From a virus, in the IMG/VR virus record IMGVR_UViG_3300021962_000032: a stretch of 64,000 bases of DNA. One strand, written 5' to 3'. The notes below the pieces were generated by a model, which saw only the letters and a program-made list of their open reading frames with translations, was not told the DNA's origin and ran no database searches. This document shows positions 1 through 10,070 of this stretch, piece by piece. The position numbers and the translations under genes were made by a program. Position 1 is the stretch's first letter. Every line of letters begins with the position of its first letter.

Positions 1-392
1 TCCCAAGCATAAGGTGCCCTTGAAATAAAATCTTTCCAAGAAAAATTCCAAAATTTTGCAATATCAATGTTGCAATCATCTTCCATAATGACTGCGTAAG
101 GACTATCGGAAGTTTCATACCAATGTTTTATAGCTTTAAGATGAGAAGTAACACATCCAACTTCACCAGAAGTCATCAGTTCTGGGTAAGTTCCTTTAAT
201 AATATCACTTAAATCATCTTCTCTACCGTCATAAGCGGAGATACGAGTATAATCTACAATATTCCAATAATCAAATTGAGTTTTCATATAATCCCATCTC
301 TCTGGTTGCCCATCAAGATTAATGCAGTAAATGGGACCAAACCCATTGAGCTTATATGCAGATTTATTTTTTTCAGTTCTGTCTATATTCAT
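1..392 (-). CDS. Glycosyltransferase family 25 (partial, runs off window)
   Basis: Hand translation from ATG at 392: MNIDRTEKNKSAYKLNGFGPIYCINLDGQPERW...RISAYDG...GEVGCVTSHLKAI...VIMEDD, which are GT25 motifs. ATGA overlap with the upstream gene. Confidence 0.85.
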   Translation of the reverse strand, partial: MNIDRTEKNKSAYKLNGFGPIYCINLDGQPERWDYMKTQFDYWNIVDYTRISAYDGREDDLSDIIKGTYPELMTSGEVGCVTSHLKAIKHWYETSDSPYAVIMEDDCNIDIAKFWNFSWKDFISRAPYAW

Positions 393-1516
393 GATACGTT
401 AATAGTACTTTTCATTTTTTTAAAGTTTTCTCTTAAAACAATATCCTCCTTATTTCCAGATTCTCTAATAATAAATCTTTGCTTTGCAACTTCTGTACTG
501 TTTTTAATATGATGTTCTCCAGTAAGAATTGCTAGATGTGCATAATAAAAATCTTGCGTTTCATCTCGATTTGGACTAAAAATATAATGAGTAGACCAAG
601 GATATTGTCTTGAATATTTTGGAAGCGTGACCCACTTAATCATTTTGTTTATATCAATATCATCATCATGATACCAATAATAATCACTCAATTTGAGAGA
701 TTTTTCAACAGTGTATCTGGAAATATTTTTAGATTCCATATTAATAGAATCTTTTTGTTGATTGATCATTCCTTCAATAATTTCATCAATAGAATACTTA
801 GAAACAAAATATTCATCAATATCTAAATTTAACACAAATTCAGAATTATATACAAATTTATATTTCAAATATTGAAGTCCAACTATTTTACAAAAATCAG
901 AATCCCATGGTGGACCATGTACTCCCCATCTCATTGGCCAATCAACTATCACCAATTCATAATTATTAGATTGCAAATAATTTTCTATATCTTCACAAGT
1001 ATATTTGTCTGTATTATTGGAGAACAAAACAAATCCATCAATACCATAAACTTCATTGTGATATTGAACCCAGTTTAACATCCATTCTTTTGGATCATTT
1101 TTAAACATTGTGAACAATACTTTTTTATTTGAAAACTTATGTATGAATGATTCTTCAATTTCAATTTTCAATGGATCTTCATTTTTATATTTCAAATAGA
1201 TATGAGTTGCATCTTTAGATATTTTTCCAATGGCAAGACCAGACCTATCAAGATCATAAAAAGTCAAACTTATATCATTTTGACCATCCGTGATTATTAC
1301 GTTATCTTTTATAAAGTCAGAAAGATTTAAAAAAGGAGGAGCTGTAATAACAAGAGTATCCTCTATTTTCAAAACACCAGAAAATAAAGTATCATAATCA
1401 TATGTTTCATCAAATGTCTTACCAAAAGACATACCATAATTTTCTTTTGGTTGCATTGTTTTTCTCAATACACCCCAAGAACTTGGAATAGTAACAAATT
1501 TTGGACAAACAACCAT
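389..1516 (-). CDS. GT-A fold glycosyltransferase (GT92/DUF23-like)
   Basis: TMFKND..WMLNWVQYH..GIDGFVLFSN and LNLDIDEY (DxD) motifs; glycan island context. Confidence 0.65.
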   Translation of the reverse strand: MVVCPKFVTIPSSWGVLRKTMQPKENYGMSFGKTFDETYDYDTLFSGVLKIEDTLVITAPPFLNLSDFIKDNVIITDGQNDISLTFYDLDRSGLAIGKISKDATHIYLKYKNEDPLKIEIEESFIHKFSNKKVLFTMFKNDPKEWMLNWVQYHNEVYGIDGFVLFSNNTDKYTCEDIENYLQSNNYELVIVDWPMRWGVHGPPWDSDFCKIVGLQYLKYKFVYNSEFVLNLDIDEYFVSKYSIDEIIEGMINQQKDSINMESKNISRYTVEKSLKLSDYYWYHDDDIDINKMIKWVTLPKYSRQYPWSTHYIFSPNRDETQDFYYAHLAILTGEHHIKNSTEVAKQRFIIRESGNKEDIVLRENFKKMKSTINVS

Positions 1517-1517
1517 A

Positions 1518-2150
1518 TCAATCTCCTGCGGGTCTTACATCATACACCAAATGCTCTGACATGTAAATCTCACCATTTGCATTATGTATAGATTCTAACA
1601 TTGTATAATCCTCAAAAGAAGAACTAGTGAATTTAACTCCGGTCCTATTCAAAAAAGATCTACTTACACAAAACGATATTCCAACAAAATTTTGCGCCAC
1701 TTGATTCATTCCATAAGGAGGAATAATCACTGTCCTATTATTCTTTCTATCATCATGAATCATTCTAAAAATACAGCAATCAAAAGAAGTATATTGAATT
1801 TCTTCTATCAATTTATCAATGTAAGTTTCTCTTAAAGTATCGTCGTCATCGACAAATCCAATCCAATCATATTCATTATCAATTAAAGAAATCAAATAAT
1901 TTCTAACTCTACCAGCATTTCCAGTTGGTCTTTCAACTGCAGGATTATGATCAAAATCACCTAACCTATCTTTAATAAAAACATAATGTATTCTGCTGTC
2001 ATTCAATAAAATACCTTTATCAAATTCACTTTCACAAATGCCATCCAATCCAACCCAAGCTTCCCATTCATTATTAATTTGATTTACTAAAGAATTCAAA
2101 GTATCTGTTAATGTTTTTCTGCCTACACTAGGAACAATAAAATTAATCAT
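1518..2150 (-). CDS. Glycosyltransferase family 2
   Basis: INFIVPSVGR, GRVRN, WIGFVDDDD and FED motifs. Confidence 0.8.
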   Translation of the reverse strand: MINFIVPSVGRKTLTDTLNSLVNQINNEWEAWVGLDGICESEFDKGILLNDSRIHYVFIKDRLGDFDHNPAVERPTGNAGRVRNYLISLIDNEYDWIGFVDDDDTLRETYIDKLIEEIQYTSFDCCIFRMIHDDRKNNRTVIIPPYGMNQVAQNFVGISFCVSRSFLNRTGVKFTSSSFEDYTMLESIHNANGEIYMSEHLVYDVRPAGD

Positions 2151-2158
2151 AATAGTTT

Positions 2159-2821
2159 CTACAAAATATAATCATAAGTAATGCTATTTACATGATAAGT
2201 AACGTAATTTGATATATGAATTTTAGCTCCAGCATTTTGCAAATCCTTCAAGAATTTATAATCTTCTCTAATGTCATTCACAAATTTCACTCCACTATTC
2301 TTCAAAAATTGTTTGTTAACACAAAAAGAAATTCCAACTTGATTTTCAATAATTTCATTAACTCCGAGAGGAGGTATAAGTTTTTCCCCACCAGCATCAT
2401 ATCTCATTCTAAAAACACAACAATCAAATTGTTTAGTTTGAGTTTCTAGGTAAAAAGTATCAACATAATAATTACTTACAGTGTCATCGTCATCTAAAAA
2501 TGCAATCCATTCGTTTGATGAATTGATCTTGGAAATTATCCAATTTCTAACAAGACCTGCATTAGATTTAGAATATCCTTCCCCCCAATCTCCTACAACT
2601 CCCAATTTATTTTCAGAAAATAAATAAGTAACTCGTTTATCATCAAACAAAAAATTTTGATCAACTTGCTTTTTAGAAAGTCCATCAAATCCGACAAAAG
2701 CTTTCCAATCTGGAATCTTTGGTCTAAACATAGCACCTTGATTAATCAAAGATTTAACAGACCTCATTATAGTTGGTCTTCCTATCGAAGGAATTACAAA
2801 ATCAATCATTTTACTCTCCAA
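2159..2821 (-). CDS. Glycosyltransferase family 2 (paralog of 1518..2150)
   Basis: IDFVIPSIGR, NAGLVRN, WIAFLDDDD and FDCCVFRM motifs shared with the neighbouring gene. Confidence 0.8.
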   Translation of the reverse strand: MESKMIDFVIPSIGRPTIMRSVKSLINQGAMFRPKIPDWKAFVGFDGLSKKQVDQNFLFDDKRVTYLFSENKLGVVGDWGEGYSKSNAGLVRNWIISKINSSNEWIAFLDDDDTVSNYYVDTFYLETQTKQFDCCVFRMRYDAGGEKLIPPLGVNEIIENQVGISFCVNKQFLKNSGVKFVNDIREDYKFLKDLQNAGAKIHISNYVTYHVNSITYDYIL

Positions 2822-2823
2822 AT

Positions 2824-3570
2824 TTACATAGATCTTTTTTGAATTAAATTTAAAATATCACTGTCTTCTTCTTGTTCTTCTCTTGGAGCATATAATGCTC
2901 TTGTTCTTTCTTCTACCTTGCCGACAGGATCTGTCAAATAGTATATAGCTAAACTTTTTCTATACTCATTTTCTGGACATGTCAAATGATTAGGAAGTCC
3001 GTGCCAAGAATTTTGTGTGGTATCAAATAAAATAGCTCTATTGTAAATACATTCTACCACCCTTTCCTTTTTTAATGGTCTATTTGTATCTTGATTATGA
3101 GACCATAATTCCAATCCACCACCCCAAGATATATTCCAATCCTTAGACAAATAAATTATAAGATTTAGTTTTCTTTGTAAGTTTAACTTTGGGTGAATAG
3201 AATAATCTTTATGCACATTTAAATTTCCACCCCTCCCATGCATATGCCATCCACCACCATGAAGTCCATAATCTGGATAAAGATTCTGTATTCCTGTTAT
3301 TTCTTTAACAAACTCTACAAATTGCTGAGAGCAAAAATACTGAAATAGTGAATATGTATTTTTAGGAAATTTACTCCAATCCTGTATTGTTCTTTTATTT
3401 TCTAGTGGATTATCATAGCAATACCAACGATCATCATTAAACTCAAAAAATTCACCAGATACTTTTTCAGCAATATCTTCTGGAAGAAAATTTTCAATTA
3501 CATGGTGATCGTATGGTGCATTAAATGAGGTTATATTTTTTCTTACAGTATTCAGATTCAGTCCTTTCAT
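2824..3570 (-). CDS. 2OG-Fe(II) oxygenase (prolyl-hydroxylase-like)
   Basis: LNVHKD (HxD), GGGLELW, SWHG and RKSLAIYY motifs. Confidence 0.85.
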   Translation of the reverse strand: MKGLNLNTVRKNITSFNAPYDHHVIENFLPEDIAEKVSGEFFEFNDDRWYCYDNPLENKRTIQDWSKFPKNTYSLFQYFCSQQFVEFVKEITGIQNLYPDYGLHGGGWHMHGRGGNLNVHKDYSIHPKLNLQRKLNLIIYLSKDWNISWGGGLELWSHNQDTNRPLKKERVVECIYNRAILFDTTQNSWHGLPNHLTCPENEYRKSLAIYYLTDPVGKVEERTRALYAPREEQEEDSDILNLIQKRSM

Positions 3571-4237
3571 AATACTCTTTATTTTTATTTGATACGTTTG
3601 TTGTTACGGAATAATCACTTGGAAATCTATTTGAAATCAATATATCATTATACAGTATTGGCATTCCATAATCAAGTTTCATTCCATAATAAAAATCAAC
3701 GTCCATATAAAAAGTCAAAGATGGATCGAATCTTCTTGTAACTTCCTTCTTAAAGGCAACCACAGAAGGAGAACTAATCGTATTAACTCCATCTAAAAGT
3801 TTATCATTAAACTCTGGGTAAAAATCCCAATAAAAAGAATTCCCATGATCAGCAGTATGGTTACATCCATTAAGTAACCACATTTTATCACTTTCACTTA
3901 GAGCATCATAAATCTTTTGAAGTGCCTCATCATCATAAAAAAAATCATCTTGAAACATTATTTTTATAATGTCTCCAGAACACATATCAATGGCCCTATT
4001 GGTATTTGCAGGACCATTTCCTTTGTCATTTTTATTTTTAGAATAACAAAAATTAATTCGATCTTCAAATTCACCTACCTTATCAAAAATTTCATTGTCT
4101 TCACTATGGTCAGATATTACAACTTCAAAATCTTTGAAGGTCTGTATCTCTATAGTTCTAAGGAGATCATCAAGAAATTCAGAACCTTTTCCGTAAGATT
4201 CAAATGTGGGAATTGCAATAGAAACTTTTGGAGTCAT
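3521..4237 (-). CDS. Glycosyltransferase family 2
   Basis: VSIAIPT, QTFKDFEVVISDHS, NTNRAI and FQDD motifs. Confidence 0.85.
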   Translation of the reverse strand: MTPKVSIAIPTFESYGKGSEFLDDLLRTIEIQTFKDFEVVISDHSEDNEIFDKVGEFEDRINFCYSKNKNDKGNGPANTNRAIDMCSGDIIKIMFQDDFFYDDEALQKIYDALSESDKMWLLNGCNHTADHGNSFYWDFYPEFNDKLLDGVNTISSPSVVAFKKEVTRRFDPSLTFYMDVDFYYGMKLDYGMPILYNDILISNRFPSDYSVTTNVSNKNKEYYERTESEYCKKKYNLI

Positions 4238-4869
4238 TTTTTTAAAAAACTATAATCAACACTTTTTTCCATTATATCAGAATAATCATTTCTTTGCCAG
4301 GCCAAATGAGGTCTAAGTAAATATGTTTCACATTTTGAATGTATACTTGAATATATTACATCTAATGGCGACCTCATTTGAGAAACATTATCTATAATCA
4401 TATCATAAAGTGAATTATCAATCGCATAACAATGTGTTGTATATATTTGTCTTATTTTATATACATTTTCCGAAACCTTTATTGGCTCGTTATGCTTGGG
4501 CATATAAACATTATTAAAAGAATGATTGCCACCAAAATACAACATATCCCACTTTGGCAATTGACTTTCGTATTCAAAAAATAATTGATTCAAATTTTTA
4601 TCAAATTCAACATCATCTTCAAGAATCAATACGTTTTTTAGATTATCCTTCTTTGCTTTTTTTATTACTTTTAAATGTGATAGTATACAACCCAATTCCC
4701 CAGGTTTTAAATTTGTATTCACATTTTGAATTTTTCCATCAATTGCAGTTATTCTTTCAACTTGCAAATTATGCTTTTCAAACTCATTTCTAGATTCTTT
4801 CCATCTATCAAATCGTTTATCCAAATTAATGCAAAAAATTTTTTCAAAATAATCATTTAATGTTTTCAT
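4234..4869 (-). CDS. Glycosyltransferase family 25
   Basis: CINLDKRFDRW, RITAIDG, GELGCILSH and LILEDD motifs; start moved to the ATGA overlap at 4869. Confidence 0.85.
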   Translation of the reverse strand: MKTLNDYFEKIFCINLDKRFDRWKESRNEFEKHNLQVERITAIDGKIQNVNTNLKPGELGCILSHLKVIKKAKKDNLKNVLILEDDVEFDKNLNQLFFEYESQLPKWDMLYFGGNHSFNNVYMPKHNEPIKVSENVYKIRQIYTTHCYAIDNSLYDMIIDNVSQMRSPLDVIYSSIHSKCETYLLRPHLAWQRNDYSDIMEKSVDYSFLKK

Positions 4870-5672
4870 ATTGAAACCCATTCCTTTAAAATTCGATCTT
4901 CTATCTTCCAATCAGAATATGCAGATCCAAACCATTTTTTGGGGGATATTGTAAGTTTACTCTTAGAAAGCCAAGAACCCCACCAACTAAAAGAACTATT
5001 AGCTATAATATGATAATCGCAGCATGTCATTAAACATAAATCAAAATCTACAGAATTATCTTGAGAAATAATAAATCTATCTCCATCAAAAAAACTTTGT
5101 TCTCTACACCATTGAGGATCATCTGTAAAAACAATTATCGGGCATTCTTGGGGAAGGAGTGAAATTGCCTCATCATAATATTCTAACGAACAAATTGGAT
5201 GATGATTTGGAAACTCCGAATAGTCAGTCCTACGAATGTGTAAAGATATTACATCTTGTCCAGAATAAAATTCAGCAAGAAATTTAGTCGCATCCAATAA
5301 AAGATGTTCATCAAAAGAAAAATCTTTTCGTATTTCATTTTCAATGTGTTTAAAATATTTTTCAGATTGAAAGTAACCATCAAGATCTATATTGTCAGGA
5401 CACGTTTCAAATAAATCCTCATCAAAATTTAATGTTGATTCTTTTAATTTTGTATTATTTGTAGTAATAATGACATTTTCTTTTCCCAAGTTAAATACAT
5501 CATAAATGTCACAATTAGAATCACGGACTTTTGAATCTTTGGTTCCAAAGTTTTCTTTTGGAGGAATACAAAAATCATAACCATGTTTTCTCGCAATCCC
5601 TTTTAAAGAAGCGTATTGAAACATTTGATTTCCAAGTCGTCCATAATTTCCAAGATAATTGAATGATATCAT
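4866..5672 (-). CDS. Glycosyltransferase family 11 (alpha-1,2-fucosyl/colitosyltransferase-like)
   Basis: GRLGNQMFQYA, GYFQSEKYF, HIRRTDY and IIANSSFSWW motifs. Confidence 0.9.
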   Translation of the reverse strand: MISFNYLGNYGRLGNQMFQYASLKGIARKHGYDFCIPPKENFGTKDSKVRDSNCDIYDVFNLGKENVIITTNNTKLKESTLNFDEDLFETCPDNIDLDGYFQSEKYFKHIENEIRKDFSFDEHLLLDATKFLAEFYSGQDVISLHIRRTDYSEFPNHHPICSLEYYDEAISLLPQECPIIVFTDDPQWCREQSFFDGDRFIISQDNSVDFDLCLMTCCDYHIIANSSFSWWGSWLSKSKLTISPKKWFGSAYSDWKIEDRILKEWVSI

Positions 5673-5692
5673 TTTTTATATGTTTTACAATT

Positions 5693-6493
5693 TTACAAAA
5701 AGTAATTTGTATAGATAAAATCTTCTCCCGTTGGATATTTTTTTAATCTATCAAAATTATCATATACTGCCTCAAGTTTAGATTTATATATTTCCTCAGA
5801 AACATCAAATTCTTCAGATAACTGAATTATTCCATCGGTGTTAAAATATTCACCAATATCTGGCGCTCCTTTATATACAGGAATGGTTCCCGTAGCAAAA
5901 CAATCTAATATCTTCTCAGTAAAAAATCCATCATAAGATCCATTTTCAATAGCAACAGAAAACATGTAGTCACAAAGACCTTCTTCTTTATTTTCTATTT
6001 CATTAAATCCCCTTCCATAAAGATCTACTTGGTCTCCTATTTTTTCAACCCATTTCAATCTTTCAATATGACCCTCACACATTTTTTTGTTTGAAGAGAT
6101 CATAGAAATCATTTTAGTTTTTTCATACACTTTTGGATTTTTAATCCAAGTTGAAGAAGTTAAACACCATTTAAATCTAGAATCAATTTTAGTCAATTCT
6201 TTACTGTTAGTAAAAATGGATTCAAATACTTCAAAATATTTTTCATAATTGGATCTAACATCTTGATAAATTCCTGGAGTAATGTATTTTGATTCTAATA
6301 ACCATCCATATTTTTTCTTAGAATTTTTATGCGAAAATGCTTGCCTTAAAGAATCATCAATATAAAAACTAATATCGGATGATTCATCAAAAACCCATTC
6401 AATATATTTTGACTTTTTTCCGTGTGTAGAATAACCTAAATTTCCTCCAGTCAAATGAGTAAAATTATTACCGTATAAATTAAATTTTATCAT
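5693..6493 (-). CDS. Glycosyltransferase, GT10 fucosyltransferase-like
   Basis: YMFSVAIENG, FFTEKILDCF and GTIPVYKGAP motifs. Confidence 0.75.
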   Translation of the reverse strand: MIKFNLYGNNFTHLTGGNLGYSTHGKKSKYIEWVFDESSDISFYIDDSLRQAFSHKNSKKKYGWLLESKYITPGIYQDVRSNYEKYFEVFESIFTNSKELTKIDSRFKWCLTSSTWIKNPKVYEKTKMISMISSNKKMCEGHIERLKWVEKIGDQVDLYGRGFNEIENKEEGLCDYMFSVAIENGSYDGFFTEKILDCFATGTIPVYKGAPDIGEYFNTDGIIQLSEEFDVSEEIYKSKLEAVYDNFDRLKKYPTGEDFIYTNYFL

Positions 6494-6542
6494 AGTTATA
6501 TTTAATATAAAGTTTTTAAAACGATTTTAATATCCATTCCTA

Positions 6543-7244
6543 TTATTTCAACTTATTAAAATTTCTAAGTTTTTCATTCATCTCTTCACTCGCTATTTCA
6601 AATGGTTTATTTTTCATTTTTAAACACTTGCATGTGGAATTAATATTAATGGAAAAATCGTATTTTTCTCTTACTTCTTTAGACCAACTAACATCCTCAC
6701 CTCCACCCCAAGATAATTTTTCATCTAAAGGAAACTCAATCATTACATGCTTTTTTGCAATCCAATATGATCCAGAAATATATTGATACTTTGATAAATG
6801 AGTAATATCATAAGAAAATATACATTCCCTACTTGGGTTTACAATATCATCCATTTCGTTAAGATTGTGTGGCCAGATTACCCAATCACGCCACCTAGTA
6901 TTATCTGCATTAAGAAGTACGTTCGTACAAACTTTAAATTCTTCACCAAAACTTAAATATCCTTCATACCAATTATCTTCCAAAGCAATGTAGTCATGCA
7001 TATAAACAATATTCTCATATTTTGCATTTTTAGTTATTAAATTTTTTTTTCTAGTTATCCATTTACTTTTAATGCTATCATCAAATGGCATCACTAAAGT
7101 ATTTTTTCTATCTACTTTACTATTTCCTATTACAATAATTTCATAATCTAAAGTTGAAATGTATTGTTTTTCTATGCTATCTATAACTAGATTTAAATTG
7201 TTATCAGAATTTCCATCTGTAATAATTCCAAAAGTAAATTTCAT
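6543..7244 (-). CDS. GT-A fold glycosyltransferase-like protein
   Basis: YEIIVIG, KKNLI, YMHD and WGGGED motifs. Confidence 0.6.
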   Translation of the reverse strand: MKFTFGIITDGNSDNNLNLVIDSIEKQYISTLDYEIIVIGNSKVDRKNTLVMPFDDSIKSKWITRKKNLITKNAKYENIVYMHDYIALEDNWYEGYLSFGEEFKVCTNVLLNADNTRWRDWVIWPHNLNEMDDIVNPSRECIFSYDITHLSKYQYISGSYWIAKKHVMIEFPLDEKLSWGGGEDVSWSKEVREKYDFSININSTCKCLKMKNKPFEIASEEMNEKLRNFNKLK

Positions 7245-7245
7245 T

Positions 7246-7905
7246 TTAATTACTAATTATATTTTTATTTTTTAACTCATTAATAATTAAAGGCATTGCA
7301 TTTTGAGATAAATGAATATGGTCCATAATATAATACGGATTTGTTGTTCCATCATTATTTAACATTTTTTCAAAAATAGATACAAACTGAAAGTTATTTT
7401 CTACACAAAGGTCAATTAGATATTGATTGAAAATTTTAGTTACGTTATTTCTTTCTATATTAGATCCATAAGAAGGTCCAGGTTCTTTAGTTTGAAAATC
7501 TATATATGGTTTTTTATCCGACCAAGATGCAATTGGACCCCAAATTAATATTTCCTTATTAAATTTTTTATAGTACAAAAGAGCATTTACATATCTAGAA
7601 ACACACTCACATACAACATCATTAATACTTCTGTTTTGTAAATTTGATTGCTTTATCAAGTGTGCTCTAATGTCAACTTCACCAAAGCAAAACATAAGTT
7701 TATCATTTTCATTTACACTTGGATTAAGTAATACAGATTCTATAATGGACTGTTTATTATGAAGTTGATAAGCAGTTGATGGTCCTATTCGATAAGATTC
7801 AAAATATGGAATTAAGTTTGATGCCCTATCCGGCCAAACTGGTTGCATCTTCTCTTCTCCACTGAAAACTGCAGAGTGACTATCTCCTATGCAGTGTATT
7901 TTCAT
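7246..7905 (-). CDS. SGNH/GDSL hydrolase-like protein (candidate glycan esterase or acyltransferase)
   Basis: CIGDSH, FGEVD and C-terminal DHIH motifs. Confidence 0.65.
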   Translation of the reverse strand: MKIHCIGDSHSAVFSGEEKMQPVWPDRASNLIPYFESYRIGPSTAYQLHNKQSIIESVLLNPSVNENDKLMFCFGEVDIRAHLIKQSNLQNRSINDVVCECVSRYVNALLYYKKFNKEILIWGPIASWSDKKPYIDFQTKEPGPSYGSNIERNNVTKIFNQYLIDLCVENNFQFVSIFEKMLNNDGTTNPYYIMDHIHLSQNAMPLIINELKNKNIISN

Positions 7906-8693
7906 ATTTTAAATCTTTTATTAACATATACTACATCTATTTCGCCAATTCCATTCCAACATTCATGGAAAATTGCACCAACAAGTTCAAAATTTTTACT
8001 CTCAAGATAAGAATGTAAAGAATGAAATTCTGTTCCATTCACATAATCATTTTCACCAAAACTAATTTCAGTTTGAATTGCCTTTACATTATCTAAAACA
8101 CCTTCACAACCTCTAAAAACCTCATTCTCATATCCTTGCACATCAACCCAGAGAATATCAGGAAAATTGATTTTATTACTTTCGCACCAATCATCTATTC
8201 TAACAACATCAACCACATGAGATCTAACCTGTCTTCCCCACTCTGGAATGTTTTTTTGCTCGACTACCAATAAAGATGATGATCCTGGATTTCCATCACT
8301 TATATAAAAATCCAATTTACAATTTTTTTCTCCAACCCCCTTTCCCACAACATTAATATTATTATAAGAATTAGAGACATTTAAACATGTATTATATGCT
8401 TCGGGATTTGCTTCAAATGCATATATTTCAGAATTTTTAAACCAAGTGCTAAATTCGATACTCTGATAGCAATCTCTACTACCAACATCAAAAATAGTTT
8501 TAACATCATCAAAGTTTATATATTTTGATATTATATCAATAAACTCAAAAGTCCAATAAGAATTACATGGATAACCTGTATGGTATATTTCTTCTGTGAC
8601 GTTAGAAATATATTTTTTATTATTTTCTATATCAGTTTCAATATTATGAAATTTGAATGGGTAAACTCTACCATACTTGCGAATGTCAAACAT
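7902..8693 (-). CDS. FkbM-family methyltransferase
   Basis: IFDVGS, YAFEANP and LWVDVQGYE motifs. Confidence 0.85.
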   Translation of the reverse strand: MFDIRKYGRVYPFKFHNIETDIENNKKYISNVTEEIYHTGYPCNSYWTFEFIDIISKYINFDDVKTIFDVGSRDCYQSIEFSTWFKNSEIYAFEANPEAYNTCLNVSNSYNNINVVGKGVGEKNCKLDFYISDGNPGSSSLLVVEQKNIPEWGRQVRSHVVDVVRIDDWCESNKINFPDILWVDVQGYENEVFRGCEGVLDNVKAIQTEISFGENDYVNGTEFHSLHSYLESKNFELVGAIFHECWNGIGEIDVVYVNKRFKI

Positions 8694-8696
8694 AAT

Positions 8697-10070
8697 TTAA
8701 ACCTCTCCCTTATAATGCTCTAAAAAATAATTTAAATCTTCTGGGGTTCCAATTCCCCACATACCTTCTTTATCAATCTCTTTGATGCGAATCTTTTTGC
8801 CATCAACAATTGCTTCATTAAATACTGGGCAAACATAATATTCATTGTTCACACGAATATCTTTCTCAATCATCTGCTCAGCATACTTCACATAATCAGA
8901 TCCTTTCTTCCAATAGTAAATACCTACCGTAGCGTGTTCAGAAATGGGCTTCTTCTCAGCAACTTCAGATACATAACCATCTTCACCAAGTTTAGCATAA
9001 GACCACTTTGGGTGAGTTGCAGGGAAGGTCACAATGCCACCATCTATCTCACCATTCTGGAAAGCATAGAGAGTTTCATTAGAGTTCCACTCAACAAACT
9101 GGTCAGAGTTTGCCATCACTAAAGGATCATCGTTATTGATAAACTCCTTTGCAAGAAGAGTAGTGCAACAAGCACCTTCCGTAAGTCCATCAACTTGAAC
9201 AATATTACATCCAGGAACAATCAGGGGAAGTAAATAATTAAGATTATACTTTTCATAATGTTCTTTCTGAACAATAAAGGTATAATTTGCTTTAATATTC
9301 AGATTTTCAACAACCACTTGAATCATTGGTTTGCCTTTAACTTCAATCAAAGGCTTAGGGAAAGTATATCCTTGACTGGCGAATCTGCTGCCAGCTCCTG
9401 CCATGGGAATAAGAACATTCATATTTTTACTTTCCCACGTAACTTTTTGTTTTGTCCCATTTAAAATTTTTTTAATGCGATCAATTTTTACTTGATTAAG
9501 ATCTTTGCGATTCTCTACAGGAACCAAATATGCCTTACTATCAAGAGCACCTTGACGACCAATATGACTATCCTCAACAATCACAGTATCTGCAGGGAGT
9601 GCTCCAAGAGCAGTCATGCATTTCCAATACATTGCTGGGAATGGTTTGTTACGAACAACGTCCTCATTAGAGACGTACATATCTACAAATTCCAGAAGAC
9701 CAAGACGCAAAAGAATAATCTTTACAGTATTCCGAATACTGTTAGATGCAACAGCAATCTTATATCCCGCATCTACAAGTTGTTGAAAGTACCCCATCAA
9801 CTCATAGTCCTTTGCAACACAGTCATTAAAGATTTTAAGTGTCTCTTCTTGCTTATCTTTCCAAATTTTATCATAAAGATCTACAGGAAGACCTTTGTGC
9901 TTGGTCAAGAGTTCTAATTTTGCTTTAGTGGGGAGACCATCATAAATGCTCACATGCTCATCTTTATTGATAGCATATTGTTGTCCAAGTGCTTTATTTA
10001 ATGCTTCATAATGATAATCTTTACTATCAATAAGAACACCATCTAAATCAAAGATAACTAATTTGGTCAT
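8697..10070 (-). CDS. HAD phosphatase fused to a sugar-phosphate nucleotidyltransferase
   Basis: N-terminal FDLDGVL, NKP and VEDS (HAD); C-terminal LIPMAGAGSRF..PKPLI, EKK and GTPEDL (NTP transferase). Confidence 0.85.
   Translation of the reverse strand: MTKLVIFDLDGVLIDSKDYHYEALNKALGQQYAINKDEHVSIYDGLPTKAKLELLTKHKGLPVDLYDKIWKDKQEETLKIFNDCVAKDYELMGYFQQLVDAGYKIAVASNSIRNTVKIILLRLGLLEFVDMYVSNEDVVRNKPFPAMYWKCMTALGALPADTVIVEDSHIGRQGALDSKAYLVPVENRKDLNQVKIDRIKKILNGTKQKVTWESKNMNVLIPMAGAGSRFASQGYTFPKPLIEVKGKPMIQVVVENLNIKANYTFIVQKEHYEKYNLNYLLPLIVPGCNIVQVDGLTEGACCTTLLAKEFINNDDPLVMANSDQFVEWNSNETLYAFQNGEIDGGIVTFPATHPKWSYAKLGEDGYVSEVAEKKPISEHATVGIYYWKKGSDYVKYAEQMIEKDIRVNNEYYVCPVFNEAIVDGKKIRIKEIDKEGMWGIGTPEDLNYFLEHYKGEV

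Noticed and set aside
2824-3570. 2OG-Fe(II) oxygenase plus glycosyltransferases as a TET/JBP-type DNA hypermodification system
   Set aside because: Motifs fit the prolyl-hydroxylase-like clade, not TET/JBP. No C5-methyltransferase or hydroxymethylase is in the window, and the GT families are surface-glycan types. Not fully excluded.
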